DNA of 32,000 nucleotides from Nostoc sp. ChiVER01 (GCF_034531155.1 NZ_JAVRBS010000017.1:37004-69003), one strand, 5' to 3'; positions 1 to 9,392 are shown, counted from the stretch's first letter. Notes: generated by a model from the sequence alone, not told the origin. Numbers and translations: made by a program.

Positions 1-184
1 GGTACATATAGCGCGGTATGCCCGAAATGGAGATCAGGCTATCTCGCAAACCAAGAGCCACAACCTCTCGTTGATCTATATCAACCCAGACTTGGCTGAT
101 GATGCCTAGCCGCTTGCCGTTGTCGCGGGTAATCACCTGGGTATTTAATATGTCGGAACGCCTAATTATCTGTTCGGAGGTCAT
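1..184 (-). CDS. PRC-barrel domain protein, N-terminal part (gene runs off the window start)
   Basis: The reverse complement starts at ATG (182-184) and reads MTSEQIIRRSDILNTQVITRDNGKRLGIISQVWVDIDQREVVALGLRDSLISISGIPRYMY with no stop up to the window edge. The pattern resembles PRC-barrel proteins conserved in cyanobacteria. It is absent from the ORF track because it is truncated. Confidence 0.6.
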   Translation of the reverse strand, partial: MTSEQIIRRSDILNTQVITRDNGKRLGIISQVWVDIDQREVVALGLRDSLISISGIPRYMY

Positions 185-383
185 TCTATACCGAGTCCTG
201 ATCTCGAATCCGGTTTAACGCGACGTGCAACTTATTCTTAGAACCCCTCTCCAAAGCTCTTGTCCACAGGGAGAGAGGCTGTAATTTTTGCTCTCTTTCC
301 CTGGTAGGGAAGGGTTTGGGAGTTAGGTTTGAGAGAAACTCGCACATTACGTGGTTTATCTATACACTATTATTAACAAAAAC

Positions 384-3300
384 TCAAGCAGGTGTATTGG
401 ATGATTGTAACTTAATCCCCAAAACTTGAGTGTAAGCTCCTCGTGCTTGAGTAACGCCAATTGTGCGTTCGGCTGATTCTATCATCGGACGACGCAAACT
501 CACAACTATAAATTGCGCTTGTTGTGACTGTTGTTTAATCATTCTAGCTAATCGCTCTACGTTTGCCCCATCTAGGAACATATCTACTTCGTCAAAGGCG
601 TAAAATGGCGATGGACGGTAGCGTTGTAGGGCAAAAATAAAGCTCAAGGCTGTAAGCGATTTTTCTCCCCCAGACATGGAAGCTAGGCGCTGTACGGGTT
701 TACCTTTGGGATGTGCGACTAAATTTAGCCCACTGCTAAAGGGATCTTCGGGGTTTTCGAGTTGCAAGAAGCCGTCGCCGTCTGAAAGAATGGCAAAAAT
801 CGATTGAAAGTTTTCGTTAACAGCATCAAAAGCTTCTTTAAAGGCAAGTTGCCGCAATGTGGTAAAGTTTTCAATCCGCAAAAGTAGTTCGGTGCGTTCT
901 CCTTCTAATGTTTCTAATTTTTGCGTCAGTTCTTGGAGACGGTTTTGAGTGCGTTCGTATTCTTCCAACGCCAGCATATTCACAGGTTCCATTGCCTGTA
1001 AGCGTTTGGTAAGCGATCGCAATTCTTTCTGCAATTCTTCCAAATCTACCTTATCTGGAACTTCCGGCAAGGGATTTGGCAATTCTGCTCCTACATCCCG
1101 CAACTGGCTTTGTAGTGCAATTAGTTCTTCGCGGCGCTTTTCTTGGGTTTCTTGGAGTTTTTGGATTTCCCATTGCAATTGTTGTTGGCGCAAAAGATGC
1201 GATCGCACTTCTTGTTCTGTAGCGTCGCGTTTTTGTTTTTCTTCTCCTAAATTTTGCTCCATTTGGCTTAGGTTGGCGCGGGTTTGGGTGATTTGGTCGT
1301 CTAGCGTTGTGGTTTGGCTCAAGACGCGATGAATCGCGTCTCTACAAGAGGTTTGTTGGGTTTCGTATTCGGTGATTCGCGTTTCTGCTTCTTGGATTTT
1401 TTCTTGTAAACGTTGTTGCTGATTTTCTAAATTTTTTAATCTTTGTTCAGCTTCGCGTAATGTTGTTTCGCGTTGTTGCAATTGTTGCTCTTGAGTTTTA
1501 ATTGTCGCCTGGATTTGTTGCCATTCGCTGGGGGTTTGGGATGCTTCTAACTCTGCTAAAGCGTGTCGTAATTGTTGCAACTGGGTTTCTTGTCCTGGTA
1601 ATTCCCGCTCTAAGATTTCTAATCGGGATTGAACTGTGGCTAATTTTTCGCTGTTTTGGGTGAGTTGCGATCGCGTCCCCTCTAGTTGCGCTGTCAAATT
1701 CTTAATATCTTTTTGCAACTGTTCCAATTGCAACTGCTGTTCGCGCCGCGCTTGACGCGATTCTGTGAGTTCTTGGGTGAGTTTTTTGGTTCTGGCTGAC
1801 AAAGTAGCGATCGCTTCTGTACAACGCTCTAAAACTCGTTCAATATCCACCAAGCGAGTTTTTAAAGCGATCGCTTCATCAGATTCTGCCGCTTCCGCAT
1901 TGCCAAACCGCAACGCTGAACGTTGGGTGTTGCTACCACCAGTCATTGCACCACTGGTTTCTAAAAGTTCCCCGTCTAAGGTAACGATGCGATATAACCC
2001 TAAATTTTTCCGCGCCGCTTCCAGGTTGGCAAAAACTACGGTGTTGCCGAAAACATAGCTAAATACATCTTTATAACGGCGATCGCAATCGACTAAGTTC
2101 ACAGCATAATTAACGAAACCGCTAGCAAAACGCAGCGTTGCATCTTGAGTAAATTTGGGAGCGTGAATTTTATTCAGGGGTAAAAAAGTCGCTCTCCCTG
2201 CACGTTTCTGTTTGAGTAGTTCAATCCCTGCGGCGGCGATGCTGTCATCTTCCACTACAATATGTCCCAAGCGTCCACCGGCAGCCATTTCTAAAGCTAG
2301 CTGATGGCGGGGTTCTACCTTTGCTAACTGCACAACTAAGCCACAAAGTCCAGGCATTCCCGATTGTAAAATGACTTTACTGGCTTGGGTTCCTTGGACT
2401 TCTTGCTGTGCTTGCGCTTGCGCCTCGATTTTATCCAACTGGCGTTGTTTTTCTCGTTGTTCAGAAAGTAACCGTTTTTGAGTTTCCTGTTGGATTTGCA
2501 GTTCTTGTTCAGTGGCTGAGAGATTTTGGGCTAAATTTTGGATGGGTTCGCTAGAGGCGTTAAATTCCGTTTCAATTTGACTATAGTCGGTTTGTTTTTG
2601 GGCTAATAGCGGTTCGTCACGTTCAATTAACTGGGTTTGCTCTTGGATTAACTGCTGTAACTGATTATTGCGTTCCCTGAGTTGCGCTTGTTCAGTGCGT
2701 TGAGGTTCTAGAGTTTGCAGCAAAGTTTCAATTTGACGGTTGAATGCCGTTTGTTGCTGCACCCAGGCTTCCGAGGCTGAGGCGATTTCTGCGGCGGCTT
2801 CGCGGGAGGTTTCTAAGGCTTGCTGTGCTTCATTTCTTTGTTGCTGGGAAGAGGCGATGAATCGCGTTTCTACAATTTTGGTTTCGGCAATTTCTTCTAG
2901 GGAATGGCGATGTTTTTGAATCTCTTGCTGAGTTTGAAGCAGACGTTTGGCAGTTTCTTGGGAAGTCGTTTGTAATTCCGTTAGCTGACGCTGGAGTTGT
3001 TTTCGTTCTGCTTCTTGGGTGGCGAGGGTAGATTGTACTGCCAAAAGCTCCTCTTCTCCCAACGCTTTGACGTGGGCATTGAGTTGTTCAAGTTCAGCAG
3101 TTTTTTGGACGATTTCGGAATTTAGATTTGTGAGTTGGGTAGTGAGTTCAGTAGAATTGCGATCGCCTGTTTGAATTTCGTGAACTAACTTTTCTTGTTG
3201 TGCTTGTAGCGATCGCCATGATAATACAGCTTCCCAGGATTGTTTCGCTAGAAATTCCGTGCGGAGTTTTTGATATTTCTCAGCTTTAGCCCGATCTTGG

Positions 3301-4019
3301 GAAAGGCGATCGCGTTGTGCAGTTAATTCTGTTTCAATAATCCGACAGCTATCTTCTTTTTCCTTCACCTCATCTAAAGTTGATTTGGCTTGGATAATTT
3401 TGCGATCAAATGCTGCCACCCCAGCCAATTCATCAATAATTTCCCGCCGTTCCCGTGCATTCATCGAAATAATGCTGGTGACATCTCCTTGCAGCACGAC
3501 ATTGTAGCCTTCGGGATAAACCCGCAGGTTACTTAGTTGTTCATGCAACTCCGTCAGCGTGCAAGGTACACCATTGATGTAGTAGTTCGATGTGTAACTT
3601 CCTTGGTGAGTGACTCGCAGCCTTCTAGTGACACTCCATTCAGTTGGGGAGTGGGGAGTGGGGAGTGGGGAGTGGGAATTTTCCTGCTCTTCATCTACTT
3701 CTTGCGCTGCTTCCTCACTCTGCGCTTTTGCGGCTTTGGGTGAGTCCTCTCCTGACAAATCAAACGTCACTGTGACGCTAGCTTCGATAGAAGCCCGTCC
3801 TTTAGAGGTTTGGGTGTTATTTACCAAATCTGGGAGGCGATCGGCTCGCATTCCCTTAGAACTGGAGAGTCCGAGGCAAAATAACAGTGCATCGAGAATA
3901 TTAGATTTACCCGAACCATTTGGCCCAGATATGACAGTACACCCCGGTAGCAAAGGGACTGAGGTAGTGCCACCGAAGGATTTGAAGTTCGTAAGTTCCA
4001 CGCGCTTGATATGCACCAT
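384..4019 (-). CDS. smc: Chromosome segregation protein SMC
   Basis: 1211-aa ORF. It has an N-terminal Walker A (GPNGSGKSN), very long Q/E/L-rich coiled-coil arms and a central hinge (GLCGLVVQL...AAGGRLGHIVVEDD). The C-terminus carries the signature motif MSGGEKSLTAL and Walker B FYAFDEVDMFLD. Confidence 0.95.
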   Translation of the reverse strand: MVHIKRVELTNFKSFGGTTSVPLLPGCTVISGPNGSGKSNILDALLFCLGLSSSKGMRADRLPDLVNNTQTSKGRASIEASVTVTFDLSGEDSPKAAKAQSEEAAQEVDEEQENSHSPLPTPHSPTEWSVTRRLRVTHQGSYTSNYYINGVPCTLTELHEQLSNLRVYPEGYNVVLQGDVTSIISMNARERREIIDELAGVAAFDRKIIQAKSTLDEVKEKEDSCRIIETELTAQRDRLSQDRAKAEKYQKLRTEFLAKQSWEAVLSWRSLQAQQEKLVHEIQTGDRNSTELTTQLTNLNSEIVQKTAELEQLNAHVKALGEEELLAVQSTLATQEAERKQLQRQLTELQTTSQETAKRLLQTQQEIQKHRHSLEEIAETKIVETRFIASSQQQRNEAQQALETSREAAAEIASASEAWVQQQTAFNRQIETLLQTLEPQRTEQAQLRERNNQLQQLIQEQTQLIERDEPLLAQKQTDYSQIETEFNASSEPIQNLAQNLSATEQELQIQQETQKRLLSEQREKQRQLDKIEAQAQAQQEVQGTQASKVILQSGMPGLCGLVVQLAKVEPRHQLALEMAAGGRLGHIVVEDDSIAAAGIELLKQKRAGRATFLPLNKIHAPKFTQDATLRFASGFVNYAVNLVDCDRRYKDVFSYVFGNTVVFANLEAARKNLGLYRIVTLDGELLETSGAMTGGSNTQRSALRFGNAEAAESDEAIALKTRLVDIERVLERCTEAIATLSARTKKLTQELTESRQARREQQLQLEQLQKDIKNLTAQLEGTRSQLTQNSEKLATVQSRLEILERELPGQETQLQQLRHALAELEASQTPSEWQQIQATIKTQEQQLQQRETTLREAEQRLKNLENQQQRLQEKIQEAETRITEYETQQTSCRDAIHRVLSQTTTLDDQITQTRANLSQMEQNLGEEKQKRDATEQEVRSHLLRQQQLQWEIQKLQETQEKRREELIALQSQLRDVGAELPNPLPEVPDKVDLEELQKELRSLTKRLQAMEPVNMLALEEYERTQNRLQELTQKLETLEGERTELLLRIENFTTLRQLAFKEAFDAVNENFQSIFAILSDGDGFLQLENPEDPFSSGLNLVAHPKGKPVQRLASMSGGEKSLTALSFIFALQRYRPSPFYAFDEVDMFLDGANVERLARMIKQQSQQAQFIVVSLRRPMIESAERTIGVTQARGAYTQVLGIKLQSSNTPA
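3646..3676. repeat. Heptanucleotide tandem repeat GGGGAGT x4 plus a partial unit (STRR-like), inside the smc CDS
   Basis: Direct reading gives ggggagt ggggagt ggggagt ggggagt ggg. On the coding strand this encodes part of HSPLPTPHSPTEW, within a low-complexity insert of the SMC head. Confidence 0.9.
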
Positions 4020-4386
4020 AGGCCGTGGTTCGCTGGGCTAATGAAGAACAAGTGTATCAACTAATTAAAAATTCGCAAGAGGGTAGGGGGAAAATTAGAG
4101 ATTTTCACACTACACACAAGAGAAACGCAGAGAGGGTAGGAGAATTGTGGTTTAGAGAAAAAACAATACTGCTAAAGTTAGCACAAGCACGAGATTTCAT
4201 TGCAGGCGCTCAAAAGCAACTATATCAAATCATTCCAATTTTAGTTGAGATAACTAACTGCCAAGACGAGCAAGTAATTTAACAAGTTGTTGGCAAAGCG
4301 ATCGCTATCAATTTATTACTATTTATTGCAAGAATATTTTACAAGTATGTAGGATAATTTTAAGGGTAAATATAATAAAGTAAATT

Positions 4387-4737
4387 ATGCAACTAGAAGA
4401 TTACTTCGACTTTCAGCGTCCTGATGATATTCGACTCAAAGGTACAAGAGTAGGAATTGAAACTATCCTTTATGATTTCATTCATCGGTGTCGGACTCCA
4501 GAGGAAATTTTCCAAAGTTATCCATCAGTAACTTTAGAGCAAGTATATGCAACCATTCTTTATTACCTGCATAACAAAGAAGCAGTAAGTGCTTACATAG
4601 CTAATTGGCTAGAACATAGTCATCGAATGCGAGAAGAACAGCGACGCAATCCGCCACCAGTTGTAACTAAATTGCTAAAACTGAAAGCTGAAAGAGAAGC
4701 AATGAAAAAAATACATGACTCTCAAATATCTTCTTGA
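4387..4737 (+). CDS. DUF433 domain protein (antitoxin-like partner of DUF5615)
   Basis: 116-aa ORF. The segment DDIRLKGTRVGIETILYDFIHRCRTPEEIFQSYPSVTLEQVYATILYYLHNKEAV matches the DUF433 pattern as I recall it. It overlaps the next ORF by 23 nt, a typical two-gene TA-like arrangement. Confidence 0.75.
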   Translation: MQLEDYFDFQRPDDIRLKGTRVGIETILYDFIHRCRTPEEIFQSYPSVTLEQVYATILYYLHNKEAVSAYIANWLEHSHRMREEQRRNPPPVVTKLLKLKAEREAMKKIHDSQISS

Positions 4738-5077
4738 TGAAAATGTTGATAAAGTCTATAACCGCAAGTTTCTCCAACGCAACCCTACTTTAATGATGTG
4801 GGTGGTTGGTGATCCTGGCGCTCCTCCTAGAGGCACATTAGATCCAGAAATATTATGCTGGTGTGAAGAATATAACTTTATTTTAGTCACAAACAACCGT
4901 ACATCTATGCCTGTACATTTAGCTGAACATATCGCGCAAGGCCGTAATATACCAGGTATTTTTATTTTGAATTAGAAATTAACCATCGGTCAGACTATTA
5001 GTGAATTAAGTCTAATTGCTCAAGCATCTTTTAATGATGAATATCAAAACCAAATTATTAATTTGCCACTACTTTAA
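4715..5077 (+). pseudogene. DUF5615 (PIN-like, toxin-like) gene interrupted by an in-frame TAG at 4973-4975
   Basis: The 86-aa ORF (MTLKYLLDENVD...LVTNNRTSMPVHLAEHIAQGRNIPGIFILN) stops at TAG. The same frame continues as KLTIGQTISELSLIAQASFNDEYQNQIINLPLL up to TAA at 5075-5077. That continuation looks like the usual C-terminus of full-length family members. Confidence 0.55.
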
Positions 5078-5322
5078 TAACAATGTCACAGAATTAGCTG
5101 CTACGGATTCTCATCAGGTAATAGTACAATGTCTAAGCTAGTTTTGAGGCTAAAAACTCAAACTGACGTAAGTTGGATTTAGTTCCTCAACCTAACATTA
5201 TCAAAGCTTTGTTGGGTTTCGCTGCCTGAGATCAAAACACTTGTAAAGACGACGATTTATCGCGTCTTAAAAACCCAAGATTTTGTACAAGTAGTGCTTA
5301 ACTGAACCGCATTGTTATATAA

Positions 5323-5359
5323 GCAAAAAAACAGGACTTACATCTGCGTAAGTCCTGTT
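5323..5359 (-). terminator. Rho-independent terminator of the BON-domain gene
   Basis: Perfect 12-bp stem AACAGGACTTAC (5330-5341) / GTAAGTCCTGTT (5348-5359) with a 6-nt loop. On the minus strand it is followed by TTTTTTGC, and it lies about 65 nt downstream of the stop at 5426. Confidence 0.6.
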
Positions 5360-5425
5360 TAAATTTTCTGATGATGTAAGCTGATTTAACTAGTTCACGG
5401 TTAACTGAGAACTTCAGTTATTCTT

Positions 5426-5911
5426 TTATGGCTTTTTCCCAGCTTCAACTTTTGCTTCTACTTTCACTGTCTTCACACCTTGAACTTCTTTAGTCAAGGT
5501 TTCAGCTTTCTTGAGTTCTTCAGCAGAAGTTGCTGTGCCTTTGAGGATGATTTCACCCTCTTTGTTTTCAACTTGTAACTTATTGCCTGGTAAGCCTTTA
5601 TTCAACTTTTCGCTCACTTCAGTTTTCAAGTTGCCCTTAGCTTTTGTTGCTGCGGTTTTTCCAAAATCGGTTTGAACTTTAGTATCTGTACTAGCCGCTA
5701 AAGGAGTCGTTTGTGTTCCTGGAATTTTGGCAATAGTTTTATCCACAGTTTGATTTATCTGAGAAGCTGGTGTTGCTGGTGATTGAGCGGCTTCATTAGT
5801 AGTGCTAGAAGTTTCTGAACCAGTTTTAGTAGCCTCTTGACAGCCAAAAGTACCAACTACCAAAATGCTACTAATTAGTAATAGAATTAGCTTTTTCATT
5901 ATCTTCTCCAA
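5426..5911 (-). CDS. Secreted or lipoprotein BON-domain protein
   Basis: 161 aa. The N-terminal signal peptide ends in GTFGC (possible lipobox), followed by a low-complexity S/T/A/Q linker. The C-terminal segment LQVENKEGEIILKGTATSAEELKKAETLTKEVQGVKTVKVEAKV is BON-like. Confidence 0.7.
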   Translation of the reverse strand: MEKIMKKLILLLISSILVVGTFGCQEATKTGSETSSTTNEAAQSPATPASQINQTVDKTIAKIPGTQTTPLAASTDTKVQTDFGKTAATKAKGNLKTEVSEKLNKGLPGNKLQVENKEGEIILKGTATSAEELKKAETLTKEVQGVKTVKVEAKVEAGKKP

Positions 5912-6369
5912 ATTGAATACTAGAAGCGATTAATTGAAGTGTGTGTGATAGTGAGGAGCAGATGTTAAAAAGTAATTAAATGTGAAGTAGCAAAAGTCTC
6001 TAAGCAATTGCTCAGGTTATTGGAAATTGAAACTTAGACGATTTCTTGAGGCTAAGATTTTGCAGCCATTCTTGAGAAGCGCCAATTCAATTTTCCTAAT
6101 GGTTGCTAAACAGTATGCCTCTGCATACAGTCTATAGCTCTCTATGAATTTAATGTAGATGCCCAGTAGCTCTTTCGGTGGTAGACTGTGCAGCCTGACA
6201 GTAGTGACTCGATGTTATCAGATTTAAGTCAGTTTGGCGATATCTAAGCCTATGCAACTTAAAACTTCAGCGTTTTTGGAATTCTGTGGCAGCAAAATTA
6301 CCAACAAAATGTTACTTTAGAAAACTATGGCTTACTTACAATGCTCCAAATATCAGGAAATATTAGCCA

Positions 6370-7290
6370 ATGCCATACCTTACTTCCGCCCGCGAAATTA
6401 GTGCCATTGTCGCTGAATATACCAATGCTAAAACGCTGTGGATAGATACAGAAGTTGCTGACTATAAAAGCCGTAATCCCCGACTATCGCTGATTCAGGT
6501 ATTAGATAATCCCAAAGATATGAGTGGCGATCGCGTCTACCTTTTAGATGTCCTAGATCAGCCTAGTATTATAGCTGAATTTATTGAAAAAATTATGATA
6601 AATTCTGCCATTGAAAAAGTTTTTCACAACGCAAGTTATGATCTAAAACTTCTCGGTAACAAGAAAGCTAAAAATGTTACTTGTACTTTAGATATAGCAA
6701 AAAAAATTCCCTACTATCTTTTACCATTACCTAATTACCAACTCAAAACCATAGCTACATCACTTTGTAGCTTTAACAATATCGAGAAACAAGAGCAAAC
6801 AAGCGATTGGAGCAAACGTCCTCTAACTGAAGAACAGATAGAGTATGCTTACTTAGATTGTATTTATCTTGCTCAAATTCACTCAAATTTGTTAGATTTA
6901 CAAGCCCAAGCCAGTCCCGATCCCGCAACGGAAGACTTAATATCACTAAGTAGCAGATACTCGCAACTTGAGCAACAATACAAGTTGTTGAATTCAGAAT
7001 TTGAGCATTTGCAAGAACGGATGAAAAAAGCCATGCAAGCTCAAAATATATCTGAAACTGCCTATTATAAACTGACTAGTTATGAGCGGACTACAGTCAA
7101 AGCTACTTTTACAGAATTAGCAAGGGTAACCCAAAATGAAGGTATTAATTTAGATTTTCCAATCACACTTACTCAGAAACTTCAAAAAGATTTAGGGCAA
7201 AATCTGGAACACCTCTCTGTAGATATTGAAAAAACCATCTCTTGGCGGCTAAATCCCAAAAATCAAGAAGGTGATATTGAGGAGGAGTAA
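6370..7290 (+). CDS. 3'-5' exonuclease (DEDDy, RNase D / DnaQ-like) with a C-terminal helical extension
   Basis: 306 aa. Exonuclease motifs are LWIDTEV (ExoI), VFHNASYDLKLL (ExoII) and YAYLDCIYL (ExoIII, Y-x3-D). The last ~120 aa are coiled-coil-like with no motif I recognise. Confidence 0.7.
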   Translation: MPYLTSAREISAIVAEYTNAKTLWIDTEVADYKSRNPRLSLIQVLDNPKDMSGDRVYLLDVLDQPSIIAEFIEKIMINSAIEKVFHNASYDLKLLGNKKAKNVTCTLDIAKKIPYYLLPLPNYQLKTIATSLCSFNNIEKQEQTSDWSKRPLTEEQIEYAYLDCIYLAQIHSNLLDLQAQASPDPATEDLISLSSRYSQLEQQYKLLNSEFEHLQERMKKAMQAQNISETAYYKLTSYERTTVKATFTELARVTQNEGINLDFPITLTQKLQKDLGQNLEHLSVDIEKTISWRLNPKNQEGDIEEE

Positions 7291-7651
7291 ATTGTTTAGA
7301 TAGCTACAAATACCAAAATTTATAGAGTTATTATCTTAGAATAAATCTTAATATTTATTTTTTTCAAAGAGTATTCTAAAAAACATGAACAACAGTAGGT
7401 TACTGCTCACAAATCAATTGTCAAGAATTACAGAGATGAAAATAGCAAACAGCCAAAATGACAAGTTTTATACTTTATATTTTATGATTTTCCCTTAATA
7501 TAAGTATTAAATAAATTTATTGAATATCAAGGAAATTTATAACTTAGTTTTAAATGTCTATCCAAAGTTAAAATAACTATTGAGTTAAAGAATTAAAATC
7601 TAGATTTTGGTACTAATTGCGTTCAGGTGTTATGGCAGTTTATATTAAATT

Positions 7652-8494
7652 ATGAGACGGCGTTTATTTAAACAAAAGCAAACAAAGGTAAATCAAGTAT
7701 TTACCATAGCTATTTTTACTACATTAACAGCAATTAGCAGTGTTTCTTGTAGTAAGAATGACAATGTTTTGGTAACAGAAATAGGAGTCAGTCAACCTAG
7801 CCGTCGTTCAGCTACAGCATTCAAAGGTGGGGAATTTTATCTTCAGGGAAAGAATCAGCATTTAAACGGCGATTTACAAGCTGCGATCGCTTCTTATGGT
7901 AAGGCAATTGCTCAAAACTCTCAATATGGCGCAGCCTACAACGGCCGGGGATTAGTCTACTTTGATTTGGGAGACAAGGAAAAAGCGATCGCAGATTATA
8001 ATCAAGCACTTAAAATTAACCCTAACGACGCGGAAGCCTACAATAACCTGGGAAATGCCCGCGCCTCACTAGGAAATAACAGAGAAGCAGTCAAAGATTA
8101 CAGTGAAGCAATTCGCCTAAATCCCAATTATGCCGAAGCTTACAATAACCGAGGAAATGCCCACGCCACCTTGGGAGAAAAAAGAGGGGCGCTAGATGAT
8201 TTTGACCAAGCAATTCTCCTCAACCCCCAATATGCGATCGCTTATAATAACCGAGGAAATGCCCGTGCTGCCAATGGAGAGCCACAGGGTGCGATCGAAG
8301 ATTACAATCAAGCCATTCGCCTCAACCCTAACTTTGGCGCTGCCCATAATAACCGGGGAAATGCCCGCGCCACCAATGGAGACAAGCAGGGAGCGCTTAA
8401 AGACTTACAACAAGCAGCAAGCATCTTTCAAAGTCAGGGTAACAACGATTTATATGAACAAGTGATGAAAAATATCAAAGAACTTGGGCAGTAG
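7652..8494 (+). CDS. TPR repeat protein with N-terminal signal or lipoprotein anchor
   Basis: 280 aa. The hydrophobic N-terminus ends in SSVSCSK. It is followed by about six consecutive 34-aa TPR units (AxxDYxQAIxLNPNYAxAYNNRGNA repeated). Confidence 0.85.
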   Translation: MRRRLFKQKQTKVNQVFTIAIFTTLTAISSVSCSKNDNVLVTEIGVSQPSRRSATAFKGGEFYLQGKNQHLNGDLQAAIASYGKAIAQNSQYGAAYNGRGLVYFDLGDKEKAIADYNQALKINPNDAEAYNNLGNARASLGNNREAVKDYSEAIRLNPNYAEAYNNRGNAHATLGEKRGALDDFDQAILLNPQYAIAYNNRGNARAANGEPQGAIEDYNQAIRLNPNFGAAHNNRGNARATNGDKQGALKDLQQAASIFQSQGNNDLYEQVMKNIKELGQ

Positions 8495-8560
8495 GCAAAA
8501 GCAGGGTTTTAGTTAAAAGCGAACATATCCCTGCCGAGTTATCTTGTCGAACAACAATTT

Positions 8561-8665
8561 ATTTGTCGTGTTATCAAATTAATTAATGTCGTTAAACTTT
8601 TAAACTAATGGTGGATCAAGCGAGCGACATTAATGTATTAACGACGACAAATAATTTTTTATTTT
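8561..8665 (+). terminator. Long imperfect hairpin followed by a T-tract downstream of the TPR gene
   Basis: The left arm ATTTGTCGTGTTA...ATTAATGTCG (8561-8591) pairs with CGACATTAAT...TAACGACGACAAAT (8625-8652), followed by AATAATTTTTTATTTT. It lies about 70 nt after the stop at 8494. Confidence 0.4.
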
Positions 8666-8953
8666 ACAACTACCCCTAGCGCAGATGAGAGTGCGATCGC
8701 CTGATTCATCCTACTACTCCTCAATGGCATTGAAAGGCTGCAATCCTTTCTTTTACAGCTTTTAGCTTTTCAAGCGTGCCATTTGCTTTTGACCTAGTTA
8801 CCATTAATATTCGACTAAAAATAAATTAATTATGTCCCTTTTAGATTATGTAATGATTGCCAAACTATGCAGTAATAATGCTAGTTTGTAAAAAATAGTC
8901 AATATTCAAGATAAATTAAACAACAAATTATTTTAAAAACGTTGTTTAAGTTC

Positions 8954-8982
8954 TTGACTTCAGAAAGAAGCTTGTGTACTTA
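8954..8982 (+). promoter_or_regulatory. Candidate sigma70-type promoter of the GG-leader peptide gene
   Basis: TTGACT (8954-8959), a 17-nt spacer, then TACTTA (8977-8982). It sits about 45 nt upstream of the ATG at 9026, which is preceded by GAGG (9013-9016). Confidence 0.35.
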
Positions 8983-9025
8983 GAGATTCTTTCTTCTTGA
9001 TACTAATTAAATTGAGGTTAAACAG

Positions 9026-9259
9026 ATGGAAAATCTAAACCTAGAAAATTTGGATAACGAACTAATTAGTTTTGATTTAAGTCCAGAAGACATGGAGGCA
9101 ATTAAAGGTGGTACAAGCGTGCCAGTAGATACATCGAGTAGTAGTAAGTGTCCATCCCCTCCGAAGCACCCTTTTGGAATTCTAATAGTTGCAGTACCAC
9201 CCAAGCACCCTTTTGGAATTCTAATAGTTGCAGTACCATCCAAATCCAAAGACGACTAA
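9026..9259 (+). CDS. Double-glycine-leader peptide (bacteriocin/RiPP-type precursor) with a duplicated core
   Basis: 77 aa. The leader MENLNLENLDNELISFDLSPEDMEAIKGG fits the LSxxELxxIxGG consensus of double-glycine leaders. The core is TSVPVDTSSSSKCPSP[PKHPFGILIVAVP]x2SKSKDD. A plausible SD and promoter lie upstream. Confidence 0.7.
   Translation: MENLNLENLDNELISFDLSPEDMEAIKGGTSVPVDTSSSSKCPSPPKHPFGILIVAVPPKHPFGILIVAVPSKSKDD
9164..9238. repeat. Perfect 36-nt direct duplication (period 39 nt) inside the precursor core
   Basis: aagcacccttttggaattctaatagttgcagtacca occurs at 9164-9199 and again at 9203-9238. This encodes two copies of PKHPFGILIVAVP. Confidence 0.95.
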
Positions 9260-9392
9260 TCATTAAATTAAAAAATTAAGTTTAAGAGGATGAATGAACA
9301 AGTCTAATTTATTACTACCCCTGGTGACTATAAATCCCGGCTACATGAGACTTTATTCACCTCTGTGGGTTTAAAACCCTTAATTTTTATTA

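Noticed and set aside
195-230. tRNA-like T-arm resemblance (TCTCGAATCCGG).
   Set aside because: No acceptor stem, anticodon arm or D-arm can be built around it. I saw no tRNA or rRNA genes in the window.
949-4060. Several ORFs of 68-143 aa overlapping smc on the + strand or in other - strand frames (949-1332, 1765-2058, 3537-3743, 3610-4041, 3821-4060).
   Set aside because: All lie inside the strongly supported 1211-aa smc ORF. Their products are low-complexity (S/C/R/W-rich) with no start context. They are typical shadow ORFs of a biased coiled-coil gene.
4025-4282. 85-aa + strand ORF immediately upstream of smc.
   Set aside because: It starts with GTG, has no SD, lies in the smc promoter region, and the product has no recognisable features. 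Coding remains possible but is unsupported.
7821-8465. ORFs 7821-8009 (-) and 8196-8465 (+, alternative frame) inside the TPR gene.
   Set aside because: They are embedded in the well-supported TPR-repeat reading frame, and their products lack any repeat or domain logic.
9007-9249. 80-aa antisense ORF opposite the GG-leader peptide gene.
   Set aside because: The + strand product has a canonical double-glycine leader, an SD and a promoter. The antisense product merely mirrors the 39-nt duplication (GTATIRIPKGC twice) and has no start context.
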